Shown here piece by piece: positions 1-7,884 of a stretch of 26,282 nt of DNA. A program made the translations under genes and the position numbers. A model generated the notes under the pieces. That model saw only the letters and a list, made by a program, of their open reading frames with translations, was not told the origin of the DNA and made no database searches. Source of the stretch: Candidatus Omnitrophota bacterium (GTDB taxonomy: Bacteria > Omnitrophota > 4484-213); contig DAOWIN010000083.1 in the NCBI GenBank assembly GCA_030640885.1, forward strand, positions 1-26,282, in the 5' to 3' direction. Position 1 is the first letter of the stretch. Each line of letters begins with the position of its first letter.

Positions 1-41
1 AGCGAGGCGCGAGCCAAAGCCAAATTATTTAGTTGAACTTT

Positions 42-96
42 ACCCAGCACTAATTTTTCAAGGATGCTTAACCATAGTAGAAAATTAGTGCTGGGT
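42..96. repeat. 16-bp perfect inverted repeat (long hairpin)
   Basis: acccagcactaatttt (42-57) is the exact reverse complement of aaaattagtgctgggt (81-96); 23-nt loop. Confidence 0.9.
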
Positions 97-103
97 TCAA
101 TGC

Positions 104-144
104 GCACAGCAACTTACGTTCACTGCGTTCCGTAAGATGCGTGC
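104..144. repeat. REP-like hairpin
   Basis: cttacg (113-118)/cgtaag (131-136) stem extended by gca/tgc and gcac/gtgc; the loop contains cactgcgttc, identical to 21293-21302. Confidence 0.65.
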
Positions 145-153
145 TTATTAAAA

Positions 154-720
154 ATGGAAAATGAATTGTTGGAAAAAAAAGGCGAATTTTTTAAGCAGTT
201 TATCAGCGACTGGAAGAGGGTACTTTTAAAGCCCAAAGACTTTTTTGCTGAAACAACAATGGAATATGGAAAAGCCATAAAGTTTGCCGCTGTTAATATT
301 CTTGTTTATAGCATAGGAGCAGTTCTTGTTGGTCAAGCTTTAGGCGGAAAGTTTGCTCTCGTTGATAATCTGCTATTGTCTTTTCTTTATGTTTTTGTTT
401 CTATTCTTTTGGCACTTTTTGTAACCGGACTTATTTTCCATTGCTTCTTTAAAATTTTTGGAGGCAAGGGAAGTTATAAGGAAAGTTTGGCAATTCGGGC
501 ATATTCTTATGTCGTATTGGCCTTTTCATGGATTCCAATTTTGGGAATTATTGCTAATATTTACGGATTGTATATTGTTATTCGTGGAGGAGAAATAAAG
601 CATAATCTTTCTTTAGGGAAATCAATCGCGGCGGTAATTCTTTCAACAATAATTCCTGCATTGTTAGCTATTGCGCTTTTTGCTACTTCTTTAGGAATGC
701 TGAAGACAATTAGCGGATAG
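154..720 (+). CDS. YIP1 family membrane protein
   Basis: 188 aa, about 5 hydrophobic segments; WKRVLLKPKDFF N-terminus and FGGKGSYKES...AYS motif typical of bacterial Yip1 proteins. Confidence 0.8.
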   Translation: MENELLEKKGEFFKQFISDWKRVLLKPKDFFAETTMEYGKAIKFAAVNILVYSIGAVLVGQALGGKFALVDNLLLSFLYVFVSILLALFVTGLIFHCFFKIFGGKGSYKESLAIRAYSYVVLAFSWIPILGIIANIYGLYIVIRGGEIKHNLSLGKSIAAVILSTIIPALLAIALFATSLGMLKTISG

Positions 721-765
721 TTTAGAATAAACAACGAAAAATCCAGCAATTAGCTAAATTAGGGG

Positions 766-841
766 GGGCGGTTAGCTCAGCCGGGAGAGCGTTTCCTTGA
801 CGTGGAAAAGGTCACAGGTTCGAGCCCTGTACCGCCCACCA
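766..841 (+). tRNA. tRNA-Val(GAC)
   Basis: Acceptor GGGCGGT (766-772)/ACCGCCC (831-837), D-arm TAGCTCAG, anticodon stem TTTCC/GGAAA with GAC at 799-801, GGTTCGAG T-loop, encoded CCA; 76 nt. Confidence 0.97.
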
Positions 842-848
842 ACCCTTC

Positions 849-1129
849 CAAATTTGCCCGAAGGGAAATTTGAGCCTGCGATAGTGAGCGTGAGCGAACG
901 GACGCAGGATAAAGGCAAGGTTGTGCGAAGCGAGAGCCGAGGAGTGCGCGAGCAAAGCGAGCAAGCGACGAGGATAGAAAGGTTTGCGAAAGCAAACTTT
1001 CGCTGTTCCATTTTCCTTTTTCGCCGTTAGGCAAGACATTGCCGAAAGCGATGTCAGGTTCTTTGCGAAGCGAGAGCCTGAAGAGTGAGCGAAGCGAGGC
1101 TCTTCAGGATAAAGGCAAGATTGTTCGAA
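849..1129 (+). repeat. Cluster of about 3 modular REP-like hairpin units downstream of tRNA-Val
   Basis: caggataaaggcaag(g/a)ttgt(g/t)cgaa at 905-929 and 1105-1129 (23/25 identical); gcgaagcgagagcc at 925-938 and 1065-1078; stems cctgcg/cgcagg (875-908) and cctgaagag/ctcttcagg (1077-1108). Confidence 0.85.
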
Positions 1130-1141
1130 TGGTAAATCCCA

Positions 1142-2863
1142 ATGTCAAAATCCCAATTTCCAACAATGAACCTTCAAACCCTAAGACATAGCACTGCTCA
1201 TATTCTTGCCCAAGCGGTAAAAGAGCTTTATCCGCAAACTAAATTGGGCATTGGTCCGGCTATTGAAAACGGCTTTTATTACGACTTTGATTGCCCCGAA
1301 GGATTTGAGCCGCAAGACCTGAAAAAAATAGAAAAAAGGATGCGCGAGATAATTGCTCGCAATCTTCCTTTTTCCCGAGAAGAGATTTCCAAAGAAGAAG
1401 CGACTAAGCTTTTCAAAGAATTGAATGAAGACTATAAATTGGAGTTGATTGAAAAAATAGGAGATGATAATCTTTGCGTGTATAAACAGGGGGATTTTGT
1501 TGATTTGTGCCATGGCCCGCATATAAAATCCACAAGAGAAATTAAAGCGTTTAAACTAATTAGCATTGCTGGAGCATATTGGCAGGGTAATTCACAAAAC
1601 AAAATGCTGCAAAGAATTTATGGTACTGCTTTTGAGAAAAAAGAAGAGTTAGAAGAACACATTAGAAATTTAGAAGAGGCAAAAAAAAGAGATCACCGCA
1701 AATTAGGAAAGGAATTGGATTTATTCAGTTTTCATCCCGAGGCGCCAGCTGCTCCCTTTTATCATCCTAAAGGAGTTATCCTCTATCAAAATCTAATCAA
1801 TTTTTGGCGAAAAGAACACCAAAAAGAGGGCTATTTAGAGATTAAAACTCCTTTGATTTTAGAAGAAGATTTATGGAAACAAAGCGGACATTACGAACAT
1901 TACAAGGACCACATTTATTTTAGCCAAATGGCAGGAAAAAGATACGCAGTACGACCAATGAACTGTCCCGGTTGTTTATTATTTTATAAAGAAAAACAGC
2001 ATTCTTATCGCGAGTTTCCCCTAAGAATTGCCGAATTGGGTTTAGTGCATCGGCAAGAACTTTCCGGTGTTACACACGGGTTGTTCAGAGCGAAGGCTTT
2101 TACTATTGATGATGCTCATATCTTTTGCCTACCTGAGCAACTTACAGATGAAATAGTTAAGGTAAGTAATTTGATTTTAAGAATTTACGAAATCTTGGGA
2201 TTCGAAAAGTGTAGTATTGAACTCTCTACCCGTCCGGAAAGCTCAATTGGCAGTGATGAAATGTGGGAAAGGGCAACTAACTCTCTTCATAACGCATTAA
2301 AAAAAAGCAAAATAAACTATAAAATAAGAAAAGGAGAAGGGGCTTTTTATGGACCCAAGATTGATTTTCACATTAAAGATTGCTTGCAAAGAATGTGGCA
2401 ATGTGGTACAATTCAAGTTGATTTTTCAATGCCGGCAAGATTTAACATAGAATATACCGACAAGGATAACAAAAAGCGATCAGCGGTAATGATTCACCGA
2501 GCCGCATTTGGTTCTATAGAAAGATTTCTGGGGATTTTAGTTGAACATTATGCTGGGGCATTTCCTTTTTGGCTTGCCCCTGTTCAAATAAGAATTATTA
2601 CTATTGCCCAACGGCACATTTCCTATGCTCAAAAAGTAAAGGAGAAATTGGAAACCGCTTTTTTAAGAACCGACATTGATGCCCGCGATGAAAAAATGGG
2701 TTATAAAATTCGCGATGGCGAACTACAGAAAATCCCTTATCTTTTACTTGTTGGGGACAAAGAAGAAAAGGACGGAAATATTGCTGTTAGAGAAAGGGGG
2801 AAGGGGGATTTGGGAAAGAAGAAAATAGAAGAATTTATAATACAAATCCCAAGTTTCAATTGA
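1142..2863 (+). CDS. thrS: Threonine--tRNA ligase (short form lacking the N-terminal TGS domain); start may be ATG 1166
   Basis: LRHSTAH editing motif, DHRKLGKELDLF, PMNCPG, GEGAFYGPKID, IHRA, and a C-terminal anticodon-binding domain (KMGYKIR). Confidence 0.97.
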   Translation: MSKSQFPTMNLQTLRHSTAHILAQAVKELYPQTKLGIGPAIENGFYYDFDCPEGFEPQDLKKIEKRMREIIARNLPFSREEISKEEATKLFKELNEDYKLELIEKIGDDNLCVYKQGDFVDLCHGPHIKSTREIKAFKLISIAGAYWQGNSQNKMLQRIYGTAFEKKEELEEHIRNLEEAKKRDHRKLGKELDLFSFHPEAPAAPFYHPKGVILYQNLINFWRKEHQKEGYLEIKTPLILEEDLWKQSGHYEHYKDHIYFSQMAGKRYAVRPMNCPGCLLFYKEKQHSYREFPLRIAELGLVHRQELSGVTHGLFRAKAFTIDDAHIFCLPEQLTDEIVKVSNLILRIYEILGFEKCSIELSTRPESSIGSDEMWERATNSLHNALKKSKINYKIRKGEGAFYGPKIDFHIKDCLQRMWQCGTIQVDFSMPARFNIEYTDKDNKKRSAVMIHRAAFGSIERFLGILVEHYAGAFPFWLAPVQIRIITIAQRHISYAQKVKEKLETAFLRTDIDARDEKMGYKIRDGELQKIPYLLLVGDKEEKDGNIAVRERGKGDLGKKKIEEFIIQIPSFN

Positions 2864-2926
2864 TCCCGTCTAAATAATCATTTTGGTTATTGAATATTGT
2901 AATTTGGTGTTTGAAATTTGAGATTT
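2844..2926. repeat. Imperfect inverted repeat spanning the thrS stop codon
   Basis: aaatcccaagtttcaa (2844-2859) versus ttgaaatttgagattt (2911-2926): 14/16 complementary. Confidence 0.7.
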
Positions 2927-2970
2927 ATCAATTTTGGCAAGATGCCAAAATTGAGTCAGGGGGTGATAAT

Positions 2971-3495
2971 ATTTCTAAAAGACCTATAAGAGAAAAGAGA
3001 ACAAGGATAAACAGGCAAATCTGGGCAAAGGAGATTCGGCTTATTGACGCAAAAGGAACGCAAAGAGGAATTTTACCTTTGGAAGAGGGGTTAAAATTGG
3101 CGCAAGAGGAGGAGTTGGATTTAGTGGAAATTGCTCCCAATGCCAAACCTCCGGTATGCCGAGTTATCGATTTCAGTAAATTTAAATACGAGCAAAATAA
3201 GCGAAAAAAGGAGGCACAAAAGAAGCATAAAAAAGGAGATTTAAAAGAGATTAGGGTGCGTCCTTATATCAGTGAACATGATTATAATACAAAACTCCAA
3301 CAGGCAAGCAAATTTTTGCAGGAAAGGCATAAAGTAAAAATAAGATTGTTTTTTAAAGGGAGAGAAATAAAATTTCTGGATAATGGGCGAAAGGTTATAG
3401 AAAGATTTGTTGAGGCATTGAAGGATAAAGGAAAAGTAGAGGTTTCTCCTTTCAAAGAAAGAAGAAATATAGTAGTAGTAATAGCGCCTATGTAG
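2971..3495 (+). CDS. infC: Translation initiation factor IF-3, probable ATT start
   Basis: RINRQI...IRLID...LDLVEIAPNAKPPVCRVID...KYE...LKEIR...HDYNTK is the IF-3 pattern. SD-like AGGGGGTGA (2958-2966) lies just before in-frame ATT at 2971, and there is no in-frame ATG upstream. Confidence 0.93.
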   Translation: MSKRPIREKRTRINRQIWAKEIRLIDAKGTQRGILPLEEGLKLAQEEELDLVEIAPNAKPPVCRVIDFSKFKYEQNKRKKEAQKKHKKGDLKEIRVRPYISEHDYNTKLQQASKFLQERHKVKIRLFFKGREIKFLDNGRKVIERFVEALKDKGKVEVSPFKERRNIVVVIAPM

Positions 3496-3497
3496 GT

Positions 3498-3525
3498 TAC
3501 AAGCCACAAGCTTCAAGCCACAGGT
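3498..3525 (+). repeat. 7-nt-period tract after the infC stop
   Basis: tacaagc cacaagc ttcaagc cacaggt. Confidence 0.8.
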
Positions 3526-3551
3526 TAAAAAATCAATGCAGGATTAGTAAA

Positions 3552-3746
3552 ATGAAAAGGAAAACTAAAAAAAGTATTAGCAAGCGTTTTAAAATAACCA
3601 AAACAGGCAAGGTAAAAAGAAGCAAGGCTTACGGCAACCATCTTTTGAGTAAAAAAAGCGGCAAAAGAATGCAACGATTAAAATCAGCAGATTTGGTGAA
3701 TAAAGCCGATAGCAAAAAGATTAAAACTTTATTGGCGCATAAATAG
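3552..3746 (+). CDS. rpmI: 50S ribosomal protein L35
   Basis: 64 aa, basic; KTKKSISKRFKITKTGKV...HLLSKKS. Confidence 0.97.
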   Translation: MKRKTKKSISKRFKITKTGKVKRSKAYGNHLLSKKSGKRMQRLKSADLVNKADSKKIKTLLAHK

Positions 3747-3748
3747 GT

Positions 3749-3776
3749 TTTAAGCTACAAGCTGCAGGTTGCAAGT
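3749..3776 (+). repeat. 7-nt-period tract after the rpmI stop
   Basis: tttaagc tacaagc tgcaggt tgcaagt. Confidence 0.8.
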
Positions 3777-3889
3777 AAGAAAAAGAAAGGATAATGAATA
3801 GATTCTGCGGGTTAACCGCAGAATGATACTCGATGTCTTTTTGCAGAATAGATAAATATTTTTTTTAAAAGGCAACGAAAGGAGAAAAT

Positions 3890-4237
3890 ATGTCGCGGGC
3901 AACTAACGCACCGGCTTCTCGCAGAAGAAGAAAAAAGATTTTAAAATTAGCAAAGGGGTTTCGCGGGGGAAGAAGTAAGCTTTTTCGAACAGCTGCCGAA
4001 ACAGTAAAAAGGGCTTTGGCTTACAACTACCGCGACCGTAAGGTTAGAAAAAGAAATTTTAGAAGCCTATGGATAATCCGCATAAATAACGCCGCAAGAA
4101 TTAACGGCACCACCTATCGCAGTCTTATTCAAGGCTTAAAGAAAGCAAATATTGAATTGGACAGAAAGATGTTAGCAGATTTAGCAGTCAATGATGCCGA
4201 GGCGTTTAAGAAGATTGTGGAAGTGGTGAAAAAATAA
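3890..4237 (+). CDS. rplT: 50S ribosomal protein L20
   Basis: [16 protein letters not shown]...[23 protein letters not shown]...[10 protein letters not shown]; SD gaaaggag. Confidence 0.98.
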   Translation: MSRATNAPASRRRRKKILKLAKGFRGGRSKLFRTAAETVKRALAYNYRDRKVRKRNFRSLWIIRINNAARINGTTYRSLIQGLKKANIELDRKMLADLAVNDAEAFKKIVEVVKK

Positions 4238-4312
4238 AAACAAGAGTTTTACAAAAATTCCTCCGCCCCGAAGTTTCGGAGTTTCGACTCAAATTTTGCC
4301 TTGCCTTCAGAC

Positions 4313-4364
4313 AGAACCTTTAACCTGCTCCATTCCCCGCCTCAGGCGGGAGAAAGGAAAGGAG
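4313..4364 (+). repeat. REP-like hairpin plus shared 15-nt RBS segment upstream of trkA
   Basis: cctgctccattc (4324-4335, identical to 11637-11648); cccgcc-tca-ggcggg hairpin (4336-4350); gagaaaggaaaggag (4350-4364). Confidence 0.85.
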
Positions 4365-4371
4365 ATTTCTA

Positions 4372-5061
4372 ATGCGACAGTTTGCTGTAATTGGTTTAGG
4401 AAGATTCGGTTCAAGCGTAGCAAAAACTTTAAGCGAAAAAGGCCATCAGGTTTTAGGAATTGACATCAACATAGAAAAAGTGCAAAATATTTCTTCCTTG
4501 ATTACGCAAGCTGTGCAAATAGATGCCACAGATGGAAAAGCGTTAAGAAAATTAGCGGCTAAGGATGTAGATGTAGCTATCGTCGCTGTTGGCAAAAATT
4601 TAGAAGCAAGTATTTTAATTACCTTAATTTTAAAAGAAATGGAGGTAAAAGAGATTGTAACAAAGGCGGTTGAAGAAATTCAGGGTAAAGTTTTGCGAAA
4701 AATAGGGGCTACTAAAGTTGTTTTTCCAGAACGAGATATGGGAATCCAGTTAGCCAATAGTTTAATATCCTCGCAGATTATTGAATATATTAATCTTTCT
4801 TCGGATTATGGCGTTATCGAGATAGTTGCCCCTTCAATTTTCATTGATAATTCTCTGCAGCAATTAAATATTCGCAGTAAATATAAAGCAAATGTCATTG
4901 CTATAAAAAAGAAAATCCCTTCTATCACAGATAAAGGAGACACAGAAATAAAACAAGAAATTAATATTTCTCCCGCAGGTAACGACATAATTAAAAAGGG
5001 TGATACTCTAATAGTAATAGGCAAAAGTAAAGATATTGAAAAACTGCAAAAGCTAAAATAA
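4372..5061 (+). CDS. trkA: TrkA/KtrA-type K+ uptake regulatory subunit (RCK_N + RCK_C)
   Basis: FAVIGLGRFG NAD-binding motif, DATD, VVFPERDMG, and a C-terminal RCK_C domain. Confidence 0.92.
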   Translation: MRQFAVIGLGRFGSSVAKTLSEKGHQVLGIDINIEKVQNISSLITQAVQIDATDGKALRKLAAKDVDVAIVAVGKNLEASILITLILKEMEVKEIVTKAVEEIQGKVLRKIGATKVVFPERDMGIQLANSLISSQIIEYINLSSDYGVIEIVAPSIFIDNSLQQLNIRSKYKANVIAIKKKIPSITDKGDTEIKQEINISPAGNDIIKKGDTLIVIGKSKDIEKLQKLK

Positions 5062-5065
5062 ATAG

Positions 5066-6166
5066 ATGCCAACCGTTCATGTCAATTTAGATAAAAGGAA
5101 TTATCCTATTGTTGTTGGTAATGAAATTTTAAAAGATATAGGCGATTCGCTGCAGAATTTTGAAGCAATTTCTAAAATAGCAATTGTCATCAATCCTCTT
5201 GTTGCAAGCTTTCATTTAAAAAGCGTCAAAGAAAGCCTGCTTAATAAAGGATTTAAGGTATCTGTTATTATTGTTCCCGATGGGGAAAAATTCAAGGATT
5301 ATAGACAGCTATTAAACATACACAGAAAGTTGGTTCAAGAAAAATTAGACCGCAGGTCTTTGATTATAGCGTTAGGTGGCGGAGTAATTGGCGACATAAG
5401 CGGCTTTGCCGCTGCTACCTTTATGCGTGGAATTCGTTATGTCCAGATTCCTACTTCTTTATTGGCACAAGTAGACAGCTCAATTGGCGGAAAAACAGGG
5501 ATAAATTTTTTAAAGATTAAAAACTTAATCGGCAGTTTTTATCAGCCTAAATTGGTTTATACGGATGTTTCTTTGCTTCGCACACTTTCCCAAGAAGAAT
5601 TGCATAATGGTTTGGCAGAGGTAATTAAATACGGCGTAATTAAAGACGCAGGTTTTTTTCAATATTTAGAAAAAAATATAGAGAAAATTTTGGATTTGGA
5701 TCTTTCCTGTTTGGAAAAAGTAGTTTTTCAATGTGCTGAGATTAAAGCAAAGATTGTTCAAGAGGACGAAAAGGAAAAAGGGATAAGGACAATTCTGAAT
5801 TATGGACATACATTGGGACACTGTTTCGAAACAGTGAGTAAATTTAGCTATAAACACGGGCAGGCGGTTTCTTTAGGTATGGTTTACGCCGGCAAAATTG
5901 CCCAAAAAATAGGGTTGCTGAATAGAGAAGATGCAAAAAAGATAGAAAGGTTATTGCAGAAGGCGCATTTGCCGGTATCTCCCTTAAAAAAGTTCAATCC
6001 TCAAGAAATATTGGCAATATTAGAAATGGATAAAAAGAGAAGTGCAGGCAAACAAAAATTTGTTCTTCCCAAAAAGATCGGTCAAGTAATTATCAAAGAC
6101 GACATCCCCATAGAGTTACTTAAAGAGGTTTTGCTAAATGCTAAAGAAAATAATATCTTTTCTTAA
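5066..6166 (+). CDS. aroB: 3-dehydroquinate synthase
   Basis: ALGGGVIGD, FMRGI, PTSLLAQVDSSIGGKTG, LNYGHTLGH, HGQAV. Confidence 0.97.
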   Translation: MPTVHVNLDKRNYPIVVGNEILKDIGDSLQNFEAISKIAIVINPLVASFHLKSVKESLLNKGFKVSVIIVPDGEKFKDYRQLLNIHRKLVQEKLDRRSLIIALGGGVIGDISGFAAATFMRGIRYVQIPTSLLAQVDSSIGGKTGINFLKIKNLIGSFYQPKLVYTDVSLLRTLSQEELHNGLAEVIKYGVIKDAGFFQYLEKNIEKILDLDLSCLEKVVFQCAEIKAKIVQEDEKEKGIRTILNYGHTLGHCFETVSKFSYKHGQAVSLGMVYAGKIAQKIGLLNREDAKKIERLLQKAHLPVSPLKKFNPQEILAILEMDKKRSAGKQKFVLPKKIGQVIIKDDIPIELLKEVLLNAKENNIFS

Positions 6167-6283
6167 AAAGATATTCGCCGCAGAGAAGTTCCTCTGCGAT
6201 AGCTGCAGATATAACTACAGCAATGTTTGTTTTCGCAGAGAAAGACCAAATGCTGAAGAATGCCCAAACTATAAAAGAAAATA

Positions 6284-7834
6284 ATGAAAAATGTTTTCAA
6301 GGTAAGCATTTTTTGCCTTTTTTTGTTTTTTTTAATCCTTATTTTTTGCTTTTCTTTTTCCCGTCCATCCTTGTCTCAACCTTGGGAGAAAGAAATGAGT
6401 GAACAGATAAGAAAACCTGCTGTGGCGGGGATGTTTTACCCATCAGGAGCAGAAAAATTAAGCAGTCAAATAAACGATTATCTAAATAAAGTTCCTCCAC
6501 TGCATATAGAAGAAAAAATTGTTGCTATTATCAGCCCACACGCCGGTTATGAATTTTCTGGGGGTGTAGCGGCTTATAGCTTTAAAGCAATTGAGCAAAG
6601 GGATTTTTCTACAGTAGTTATAATTGGTCCCAGCCATTATGTTTATTTTAAAGGCATTTCTGTTTATGCGGAGGGATATTACCAAACACCATTGGGAAAT
6701 GTAGAAATAGATAGAGAGTTGAGTAAAGCAATAATTAATAATTCCAATATCCATTTCTATCCGTCCGCTCATCAACGCGAACATTCTATAGAGGTGGAAA
6801 TTCCCTTTCTTCAAACAGTCTTAAAAAATTTCAAGATTGTTCCTATAATAATGGGCGATTGTTCTTATCAAGATTGTTTGGACTTGGGCGAGGCAATCGC
6901 CGAGAATTCAAAAGATAAAAAGACGCTTATTGTGGCAAGCACTGATTTTTCTCATTTTTATCCCTCTGAGAAAGCAAGAATTTTGGATAAAACAAGCTTA
7001 GATGAAATCAAAAAATTCAACCCTCAAGAGCTATACAAGAAGGTCCAAACCGAAGAATGCCAGCTCTGCGGAGCAATGCCAGTAGTAACTACGCTAATTG
7101 CGGCTCAAACATTGGGCGCGGATAAAATTGAACTTTTGAAATATCTTCATTCCGGCGATGTTACCGGCGATAACTCACGGGTGGTAGGTTATGGGAGCAT
7201 GATAGTAATCGGCTCCAAGCCGCAAGTTGCAGGCTACAGGCAAGAAATAAAAAAAGATAAGAAAGGAAAATTAAGCAATGAAGAAAAGAAAAGATTACTT
7301 AGTATTGCCCGGGAGGCGATTGGAAGCTATGTAATCAAGCGGAAAAAACCGGAAATGCATGAAACTAATCCTGAACTCATAAAAAAAAGAGGCGTCTTTG
7401 TAACGCTTACCCAAAATGGACAATTAAGGGGTTGTATCGGCTATATTCAGGCTGTAAAACCATTATGCGAAGCAGTAACAGATATGGCTATTGAAGCGGC
7501 GGTTAACGACCCCCGTTTTAGTCCTTTGCAAAAAGAGGAATTAAGCAAAATTAAAATAGAGATTTCTGTTTTGTCGCCGTTAAAAAGGATTAAAGATACG
7601 CAAGAAATCAAGATTGGTAGAGATGGAATTTTTATCCGCAAAGGATTTGACTCCGGTTTGCTCCTGCCTCAAGTAGCTACAGAAAATAATTGGAATAAGG
7701 ATGAATTTTTGAAGCAGGGTTGTTATAAAGCTGGTTTGCCCGCTGATGCGTGGAAAAAGGGAGCAGAAATTTATACTTTCAGTGCAGAAATATTTGATGA
7801 ATCACTGATTACGCTGATAGAAAAACCCCACTGA
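6284..7834 (+). CDS. amrB: AmmeMemoRadiSam system protein B (Memo-like) fused to protein A (AMMECR1-like); alternative start ATG 6395
   Basis: RKPAVAGMFYP, PHAGY, IGPSH, EHSIEV, STDFSH, CG, SGD...VVGY (Memo domain), followed by RGVFVTL...LRGCIG...DPRF...EISVLS...LLLPQV (AMMECR1 domain). Confidence 0.92.
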   Translation: MKNVFKVSIFCLFLFFLILIFCFSFSRPSLSQPWEKEMSEQIRKPAVAGMFYPSGAEKLSSQINDYLNKVPPLHIEEKIVAIISPHAGYEFSGGVAAYSFKAIEQRDFSTVVIIGPSHYVYFKGISVYAEGYYQTPLGNVEIDRELSKAIINNSNIHFYPSAHQREHSIEVEIPFLQTVLKNFKIVPIIMGDCSYQDCLDLGEAIAENSKDKKTLIVASTDFSHFYPSEKARILDKTSLDEIKKFNPQELYKKVQTEECQLCGAMPVVTTLIAAQTLGADKIELLKYLHSGDVTGDNSRVVGYGSMIVIGSKPQVAGYRQEIKKDKKGKLSNEEKKRLLSIAREAIGSYVIKRKKPEMHETNPELIKKRGVFVTLTQNGQLRGCIGYIQAVKPLCEAVTDMAIEAAVNDPRFSPLQKEELSKIKIEISVLSPLKRIKDTQEIKIGRDGIFIRKGFDSGLLLPQVATENNWNKDEFLKQGCYKAGLPADAWKKGAEIYTFSAEIFDESLITLIEKPH

Positions 7835-7864
7835 TTACACTGACATTTTCTCAATGGCATCAGT
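7799..7864. repeat. gattacactga/catcagt short-period repeat overlapping the amrA 3' end
   Basis: cactgattacgctga (7803-7817), cactgattacactgacat (7829-7846), complementary arm catcagt (7858-7864). Confidence 0.75.
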
Positions 7865-7884
7865 ACTAATAAGGAGCGTAAAAA

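Noticed and set aside
1026-1032. Integron core site GTTAGGC (and GTTAGAA near 23420)
   Set aside because: No matching inverse core (RYYYAAC) at attC distance and no integrase; 7-mers are expected by chance.
772-1039. Four 75-85 aa ORFs over tRNA-Val and the repeat cluster
   Set aside because: They overlap a tRNA and GC-rich repeats, have no SD or family motif, and the lack of stops is explained by repeat composition.
849-1129. CRISPR array
   Set aside because: Units are degenerate, irregularly spaced and internally modular, with no unique spacers of constant length and no cas genes.
842-1141. T-box or c-di-GMP riboswitch upstream of thrS
   Set aside because: No T-box consensus (UGGNACC), specifier loop or terminator/antiterminator is visible. 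The GAAA hairpins lack the full c-di-GMP-I architecture and belong to a repeat with reverse-strand copies elsewhere.
3794-3826. 10-codon ORF (MNRFCGLTAE) between rpmI and rplT
   Set aside because: The SD-like aagga is only 2 nt from the ATG and the ORF coincides with a palindrome.
4238-4371. c-di-AMP (ydaO) riboswitch before trkA
   Set aside because: No recognisable ydaO consensus; the region is accounted for by repeat modules shared with the pfkA leader.
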